From contig OZ024766.1 in NCBI GenBank assembly GCA_964016885.1, forward strand, positions 12,028,001 through 12,092,000: a stretch of DNA of 64,000 nt, written 5' to 3'. The stretch comes from Eledone cirrhosa (taxonomy: Eukaryota). Below are positions 56,043-64,000 of this stretch, one piece after another. The position numbers were made by a program, and so were the translations under genes. Below the pieces are notes generated by a model that searched no databases, was not told where the DNA came from, and saw only the letters and a list, made by a program, of their open reading frames with translations. Each line of letters begins with the position of its first letter. Position 1 is the first letter of the stretch.

Positions 56043-56142
56043 CCTTCCCATTTTTTCACTAATGTCACTTTGACGATTCAAAGATAGGAAATAAAAGAAA
56101 AACGGACCCTTAAATATATTTTCCATGCTATTTCCAATTTCG

Positions 56143-56246
<104 letters not shown>

Positions 56247-56382
56247 ATGTATGTATGTATGTATGTATGTATGTATGTTCTGGTTTTATAATTTCACAAA
56301 GTTTTACCAATAGAGAGAGAGTCGGTTTTTAACATAGACACAAGACTCTCTCATTGGAATTTACACAACATCAACTAGGTAG

Positions 56383-56413
<31 letters not shown>

Positions 56414-56797
56414 TGTATGTATGTATGTATGTATGCATGCATGCATGCATGCATGCATGCATGCATGTATGTATGTATGTATGTATATATATATGTATGT
56501 ATGTTCTTTTGGTTTTATAATTTCACAAAGTTTTACCAATAGAGAGAGAGTCGGCTTCTAACATAGACACAAGACTCTCTCATTGGAATTTACACGACAT
56601 CAACTAGGTAGATATGTATGTATGTCTGCATGTGTAGATATGGATGTTATTGTATGTGTGGATGTGTATATTTTGAGTTGTATCTGTACATGTGTATACG
56701 CAGTTATTAGATGCCACATTTTTGGAATGTTTTACATATTTTTACTGTATGTATGTATGTATATTCTCTCTCTCTCTCTACAAACACGCTACAATCA

Positions 56798-56841
<44 letters not shown>

Positions 56842-56885
56842 TCTCTTTATCTACTCTCTCTACAACCACCATATATATATATATA

Positions 56886-57440
56886 TATCAACTCTGGATG
56901 TTGGTGAGCATGTCCAGCCAACCTCAGTCTCCTCTGTGTCACTTTTGAGCTGACTTTTGGGATGCTCCCATACAGCTCTGAGTTTTTCATCCTCAGTGTA
57001 AACTGATTAATGTTCAGAGCCATCCTCAGCATTCTCGTGTAGCACACATCCACCATCTGAGTGAGTCTCTTGGTCAGTGCCCAAGTCTCAGACCCATACA
57101 GCAGCACAGACTCCACTACAGCAATGAAGAGGCGGATTTTCAGGTCTCTACGAAGGTCCGACTTCCACAACGATCTCAAGCTGTGACACGCCGCCCAGGC
57201 CTTGCTCTTCCTCTCAACCACATCATCTTCCGTATTCCCAATCTTTGCTCCTTTGGGAGCCCCTACATGGACACACTAGAAGAGGAAGACCAAGGTTAAC
57301 ATATGTTGATGCCCTAAGGACAGACACTGGTCTGTTGGAGACGCAGGACATGGCAGCGATAATGAGGGACAGAGACCGCTGGAGAGAACTCGTCCATGGA
57401 TCTCGGGAATTTTACCCGCCTTAGATAGATAGATAGATAT
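56886..57440. mobile_element. RTE-type LINE fragment with 5' inversion
   Basis: Minus 57240-56888: ..SVLLYGSETW..RRLRLAGHAHQHPEL; plus 57250-57424: LWEP..RRGRPRLTYVDAL..DRDRWR..stop, then (TAGA)n. Confidence 0.85.
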
Positions 57441-57496
57441 ATATATATATATATACACTCTCTCTATCTACTCTCTCTACAAACACACTACAACCA

Positions 57497-57550
<54 letters not shown>

Positions 57551-57601
57551 ACTCTCTCTACAAACACACTACAACCACCATATATATATATATATATATA
57601 T

Positions 57602-57734
57602 ATAGGAACCAGTAAGACCCCGACAGCTGAGCTCAAGCCGTTTCGACGGCTAATTCTGGACTCCAGAACTCTGAGTCCAGAATTACCCGTCGAAACGGCT
57701 TGAGCTCAGCTGTCGGGGTCTTACTGGTTCCTAT
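57602..57734. mobile_element. Palindrome with arms of about 62 bp containing the 3' half of a hammerhead (GAAAC-stem III-GUC)
   Basis: Near-perfect inverted arms; GAAA CGGCU-UGAGCUC-AGCUG UC GGGG; CUGANGA half absent. Confidence 0.55.
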
Positions 57735-57810
57735 TACCCACTCTATTACCCTAAGTATCGAGTACTTTGGTGCGTTATGGTCCACCTGGTTCCTTACCAC
57801 ATTTCCTTCG

Positions 57811-57868
<58 letters not shown>

Positions 57869-57954
57869 TCTCTCTATCTACTCTCTCTACAAACACACTA
57901 CAACCACCACCATATATATATATATATACTCTGTCTACACACCACCACCACCAG

Positions 57955-58115
57955 GTACTAACAAATTCAACTACCAACCTGGTACCGTCTACCAGTATGA
58001 CTACCTGACCACCACCACCAACTTCATCAATGGAGCTTCAAGCACTGAACCGACAATGACCATCGAGGCAAGAGTGGAGATTGAACCTCTGTCCCAGTGT
58101 GACTTCATCATGAGG
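57955..58115 (+). CDS. LLTP exon 3 (GTNKFNYQPGTVYQYDY...SQCDFIMR), start of the vitellogenin-N/LPD_N domain
   Basis: F/Y-x-P-G-x-x-Y-x-Y-x-Y motif typical of the LLTP N-terminus; AG acceptor, GTAAGT donor; phase 1-0. Confidence 0.92.
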
Positions 58116-58229
58116 GTAAGTGCTTGTTGTTGTTGTTGTTGTTGTTGAATGCTTTAGTTACCAACCCAACCAAAAGGTTTCCAAATTGAATTAAAATTTT
58201 CCAACATCATTTTATATAAGAACTTTATA

Positions 58230-61200
58230 TTAACTCTTTAGCATTTACATTACTCTATATATACTATTGTATTGTCACAGTAAAGGCTTTACCTCACATA
58301 ATACCTCACATAACATTTACATTACTCTATATATACTATTGTATTGTCACAGTAAAGGCTTTACCTCACATAATACCTCACATAACATTTACATTACTCT
58401 ATATATACTATTGTATTGTCACAGTAAAGGCTTTACCTCACATAATACCTCACATAACATTTACATTACTCTATATATACTATTGTATTGTCACAGTAAA
58501 GGCTTTACCTCACATAATATCTCACATAACATTTACATTACTCTATATATACTATTGTATTGTCACAGTAAAGGCTTTACCTCACATAATACCTCACATA
58601 ACATTTACATTACTCTATATATACTATTGTATTGTCACAGTAAAGGCTTTACTTCACATAATATCTCACATAACATTTACATTACTCTATATATACTATT
58701 GTATTGTCACAGTAAAGGTTGTACCTCACATAATATCTCACATAACATTTACATTACTCTATATATACTATTGTATTTTCACAGTAAAGGCTTTACCTCA
58801 CATAATATCTCACATAACATTTACATTACTCTATATATACTATTGTATTTTCACAGTAAAGGCTTTACCTCACATAATATCTCACATAACATTTACATTA
58901 CTCTATATATACTATTGTATTTTCACAGTAAAGGCTTTACCTCACATAATATCTCACAAAACATCTACATTACTCTATATATACTATTGTATTGTCACAG
59001 TAAAGGCGTTACCTAACATAATATCTCACATAACATTTACATTACTCTATATATACTATTGTATTGTCACAGTAAAGGCTTTACCTCACATAATATCTCA
59101 CAAAACATCTACATTACTCTATATATACTATTGTATTGTCACAGTAAAGGCTTTACCTCACATAATACCTCACATAACATTTACATTACTCTATATATAC
59201 TATTGTATTGTCACAGTAAAGGCGTTACCTAACATAATATCTCACATAACATTTACATTACTCTATATATACTATTGTATTTTCACAGTAAAGGCTTTAC
59301 CTCACATAATATCTCACATAACATTCACATTACTCTATATATACTATTGTATTGTCACAGTAAAGGCTTTACCTCACATAATATCTCACATAACATTCAC
59401 ATTACTCTATATATACTATTGTATTTTCACAATAAAGGCTTTACCTCACATAATATCTCACATAACATTTACATTACTCTATATATACTATTGTATTGTC
59501 ACAGTAAAGGCTTTACCTCACATAATATCTCACATAACATTTACATTACTCTATACATACTATTGTATTGTCACAGTAAAGGCTTTACCTCACATAATAT
59601 CTCACATAACATTTACATTACTCTATATATACTATTGTATTGTCACAGTAAAGGCTTTACCTCACATAATATCTCACATAACATTTACATTACTCTATAT
59701 ATACTATTGTATTGTCACAGTAAAGGCTTTACCTCACATAATATCTCACATAACATTTACATTACTCTATATATACTATTGTATTGTCACAGTAAAGGCT
59801 TTACCTCACATAATATCTCACATAACATTTACATTACTCTATACATACTATTGTATTGTCACAGTAAAGGCTTTACCTCACATAATATCTCACATAACAT
59901 TTACATTACTCTATATATACTATTGTATTGTCACAGTAAAGGCTTTACCTCACATAATATCTCACATAACATTTACATTACTCTATATATACTATTGTAT
60001 TGTCACAGTAAAGGCTTTACCTCACATAATATCTCACATAACATTTACATTACTCTATATATACTATTGTATTGTCACAGTAAAGGCTTTACCTCACATA
60101 ATATCTCACATAACATTTACATTACTCTATATATACTATTGTATTGTCACAGTAAAGGCTTTACCTCACATAATATCTCACATAACATTTACATTACTCT
60201 ATATATACTATTGTATTGTCACAGTAAAGGCTTTACCTCACATAATATCTCACATAACATTTACATTACTCTATATATACTATTGTATTGTCACAGTAAA
60301 GGCTTTACCTCACATAATATCTCACATAACATTTACATTACTCTATATATACTATTGTATTGTCACAGTAAATGCTTTACCTCACATAATATCTCACATA
60401 ACATTTACATTACTCTATATATACTATTGTATTGTCACAGTAAAGGCTTTACCTCACATAATATCTCACATAACATTTACATTACTCTATATATACTATT
60501 GTATTGTCACAGTAAAGGCTTTACCTCACATAATATCTCACATAACATTTACATTACTCTATATATACTATTGTATTGTCACAGTAAAGGCTTTACCTCA
60601 CATAATATCTCACATAACATTTACATTACTCTATATATACTATTGTATTGTCACAGTAAAGGCTTTACCTCACATAATATCTCACATAACATTTACATTA
60701 CTCTATATATACTATTGTATTTTCACAGTAAAGGCTTTACCTCACATAATATCTCACATAACATTTACATTACTCTATATATACTATTGTATTTTCACAG
60801 TAAAGGCTTTACCTCACATAATATCTCACATAGCATTTACATTACTCTATATATACTATTGTATTGTCACAGTAAAGGCTTTACCTCACATAATATCTCC
60901 CATAACATTTACATTACTCTATATATACTATTGTATTTTCACAGTAAAGGCTTTACCTCACATAATATCTCACATAACATTTACATTACTCTATATATAC
61001 TATTGTATTTTCACAGTAAAGGCTTTACCTCACATAATATCTCACATAACATTTACATTACTCTATATATATACTATTGTATTGTCACAGTAAAGGCTTT
61101 ACCTCACATAATATCTCACATAACATTTACATTACTCTATATATATACTATTGTATTGTCACAGTAAAGGCTTTACCTCACATAATATCTCACATAACAT

Positions 61201-62924
61201 TTACATTACTCTCTATATACTATTGTATTTTCACAATAAAGGCTTTACCTCACATAATATCTCACATAACATTTACATTACTCTCTATATACTATTGTAT
61301 TATCACAGTAAAGGCTTTACCTCACATAATATCTCACATAACATTTACATTACTCTATATATACTATTGTATTGTCACAGTAAAGGCTTTACCTCACATA
61401 ATATCTCACATAACATTTACATTACTCTCTATATACTATTGTATTGTCACAGTAAAGGCTTTACCTCACATAATATCTCACATAACATTTACATTACTCT
61501 CTATATACTATTGTATTTTCACAATAAAGGCTTTACCTCACATAATATCTCACATAACATTTACATTACTCTCTATATACTATTGTATTGTCACAGTAAA
61601 GGCTTTACCTCACATAATATCTCACATAACATTTACATTACTCTCTATATACTATTGTATTTTCACAATAAAGGCTTTACCTCACATAATATCTCACATA
61701 ACATTTACATTACTCTCTATATACTATTGTATTGTCACAGTAAAGGCTTTACCTCACATAATATCTCACATAACATTTACATTACTCTATATATACTATT
61801 GTATTTTCACAGTAAAGGCTTTACCTCACATAATATCTCGCATAACATTTACATTACTCTATATATACTATTGTATTTTCACAGTAAAGGCTTTACCTCA
61901 CATAATATCTCACATAACATTTACATTACTCTATATATACTATTGTATTTTCACAGTAAAGGCTTTACCTCACATAATATCTCACATAACATTTACATTA
62001 CTCTATATATACTATTGTATTTTCACAGTAAAGGCTTTACCTCACATAATATCTCACATAACATTTTCATTACTCTATATACACTATTGTATTGTCACAG
62101 TAAAGGCTTTACCTCACATAATATCTCACATAACATTTACATTACTCTATATATACTATTGTATTTTCACAGTAAAGGCTTTACCTCACATAATATCTCA
62201 CATAACATTTACATTACTCTATATATACTATTGTATTTTCACAGTAAAGGCTTTACCTCACGTAATACCTCACATAACATTTACATTACTCTATATATAC
62301 TGTTGTATTTTCACAGTAAAGGCTTTACCTCACATAATATCTCACATAACATTTACATTACTCTATATATACTATTGTATTTTCACAGTAAAGGCTTTAC
62401 TTCACATAATATCTCACATAATATCTCACATAACATTTACATTACTCTATATATACTATTGTATTTTCACAGTAAAGGCTTTACCTCACATAATATCTCA
62501 CATAACATTTACATTACTCTATATATACTATTGCATTTTCACAGTAAAGGCTTTACCTCACATAATATCTCACATAACATTTACATTACTCTATATATAC
62601 TATTGTATTTTCACAATAAAGGCTTTACCTCACATAATATCTCGCATAACATTTACATTACTCTATATATACTATTGTATTTTCACAGTAAAGGCTTTAC
62701 CTCACATAATATCTCACATAACATTTACATTACTCTATATATACTATTGTATTTTCATGGTAAAGGCTTTATCTCAAATGATATTGAATCTATGAGATTT
62801 TTTTATATTATTTATTTTGAGAACAATACCTTAACATCAGTATGAGCTGGTTACAGCCAGTTTGAACAGAAAGAGGTGAGAGATTTACAGCTGGATACAG
62901 CCAGTTTAGATGCTAAAGGAATAA
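58230..62924. mobile_element. piggyBac-like MITE inflated by an internal 72-bp array
   Basis: Left TTAA-CTCTTTAGCAT, right ATGCTAAAGGA-ATAA (imperfect TIR and TTAA-like target); a cleaner left end TTAA-CCCTTTAGCAT lies at 45498. Confidence 0.6.
58242..62775. repeat. 72-bp minisatellite (about 63 units) in intron 3
   Basis: CATTTACATTACTCTATATATACTATTGTATTGTCACAGTAAAGGCTTTACCTCACATAATATCTCACATAA. Confidence 0.97.
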
Positions 62925-63077
62925 GTTACTATCTTTGTAATGAAATAATTAATAATTTTAGTAAATCTCTTAAAATTCTTTATTAATTGTCCCCCCCCCC
63001 CCCACACCAGATAGCTGATCGTCTGCAATATCTAATGTCTTTCAATATATTGATCTTTCTTTCTTTCTTTTTTCTCT

Positions 63078-63760
63078 CCACCACCACCATTGCCACTATC
63101 CCCATCACCAACACCTCCACCACTACTACTATCACCACCACCACTATCACCACCACTACCACTATCACCACCACTATCACTATCAAAACCACCACCACCT
63201 CTATCAACGCCACCACCATAAACACCACTACCACCACTATCACCACCACTACCACCACTATCACCACCACTACCACCACTATCACCACCACCACCACTAT
63301 CACCACCACTATAAACACCACCACCACTATCACCACCACCACCACTATCACCACCACCATCACCACCACCACTATAAACACCACCATCACCACCACCACT
63401 ATAAACACCACCACCACCACCACCACCACCACCACCACCACCACCACCACCACCACCACTACCACCACCACCACCACCACTACCACCACCACTACCACCA
63501 CACTACCACCATCACCATTACCACCACCATCACCACTATAAACACCCCCACCACCACCACCACTATCACCACCCCCACCACTATCACCACCACTACCACC
63601 ACACTACCACCATCACAATTACCACCACCATCACCACTATAAACACCCCCACCACCACCACAACTATAAACACCACCACCACCACCACCACCACTACCAC
63701 CACCATTACCACCACCACCACTATCGCCACCACTATAAACGCCACTACCATCGCCACCAC
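63078..63760. repeat. (ACC/ACT/ATC)n trinucleotide microsatellite abutting the exon 4 acceptor
   Basis: Direct inspection. Confidence 0.95.
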
Positions 63761-63762
63761 AG

Positions 63763-63987
63763 ATCATAAACGCCAAACTTCAGAACGCCAAGGCTATTGA
63801 GCAGGTACAGCGTTTCCACATGGCCCTTTCGGAACACTCCATCAGGTTTTCATTCCAGGACGGTAAAATCGAAGACATTTGCCCTGTTGACAACGAACCT
63901 ACCTGGGTGTTGAACATCAAACGTGGAATTTTGTCGACTTTCCAAAACTCTATGGACAATCTCGATTTAGATTTCACGAATTATGAG
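63763..63987 (+). CDS. LLTP exon 4 (IINAKL...RFSFQDGKIEDICPVDNEPTWVLNIKRGILSTFQN...NYE); gene continues beyond the window
   Basis: 75 open codons, CAG acceptor, GTTAGT donor, phase 0-0; contains the LLTP hallmark EP-x-W/Y-x-LNIKRGI-x-S as in apoB/apolipophorin; absent from the supplied ORF track. Confidence 0.95.
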
Positions 63988-64000
63988 GTTAGTAAGCACT

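Noticed and set aside
58267-62845. 250-630 aa repetitive ORFs
   Set aside because: 72-bp intronic minisatellite with a frameshifting unit; exons 3 and 4 join in frame without it
62987-63541. Mucin-like poly-Thr ORF
   Set aside because: Trinucleotide microsatellite; inserting it would interrupt the LLTP beta-barrel domain and it ends in stop codons

Overview
Eukaryotic, repeat-saturated, AT-microsatellite-rich animal DNA. A mollusc, probably a cephalopod/octopus, is my inference from the SINE/RTE/(TA)n landscape; I have not verified it. Almost all long ORFs in the track are artefacts of tandem repeats. One real host gene is present: the first four coding exons (44448-44505, 54951-55004, 57955-58115, 63763-63987, + strand) of a large lipid transfer protein (apolipophorin/apoB/vitellogenin superfamily), with a TATA box, signal peptide and phase-compatible GT-AG introns. 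The rest is a decayed CR1/L2-group LINE with a CCCH-finger ORF1, several RTE LINE 3' fragments, a tRNA-derived SINE sharing the RTE tail, and at least five minisatellite families traceable to transposon segments. The most notable hidden signal is a cluster of short non-coding, (TA)n-embedded, mostly inverted-repeat elements carrying minimal type I hammerhead ribozyme motifs (Penelope/retrozyme-like). They fall into four different sequence families. All four have an extended stem II with a C-C mismatch, and one has the compensatory U3-A8 core variant. All structures were folded by eye.
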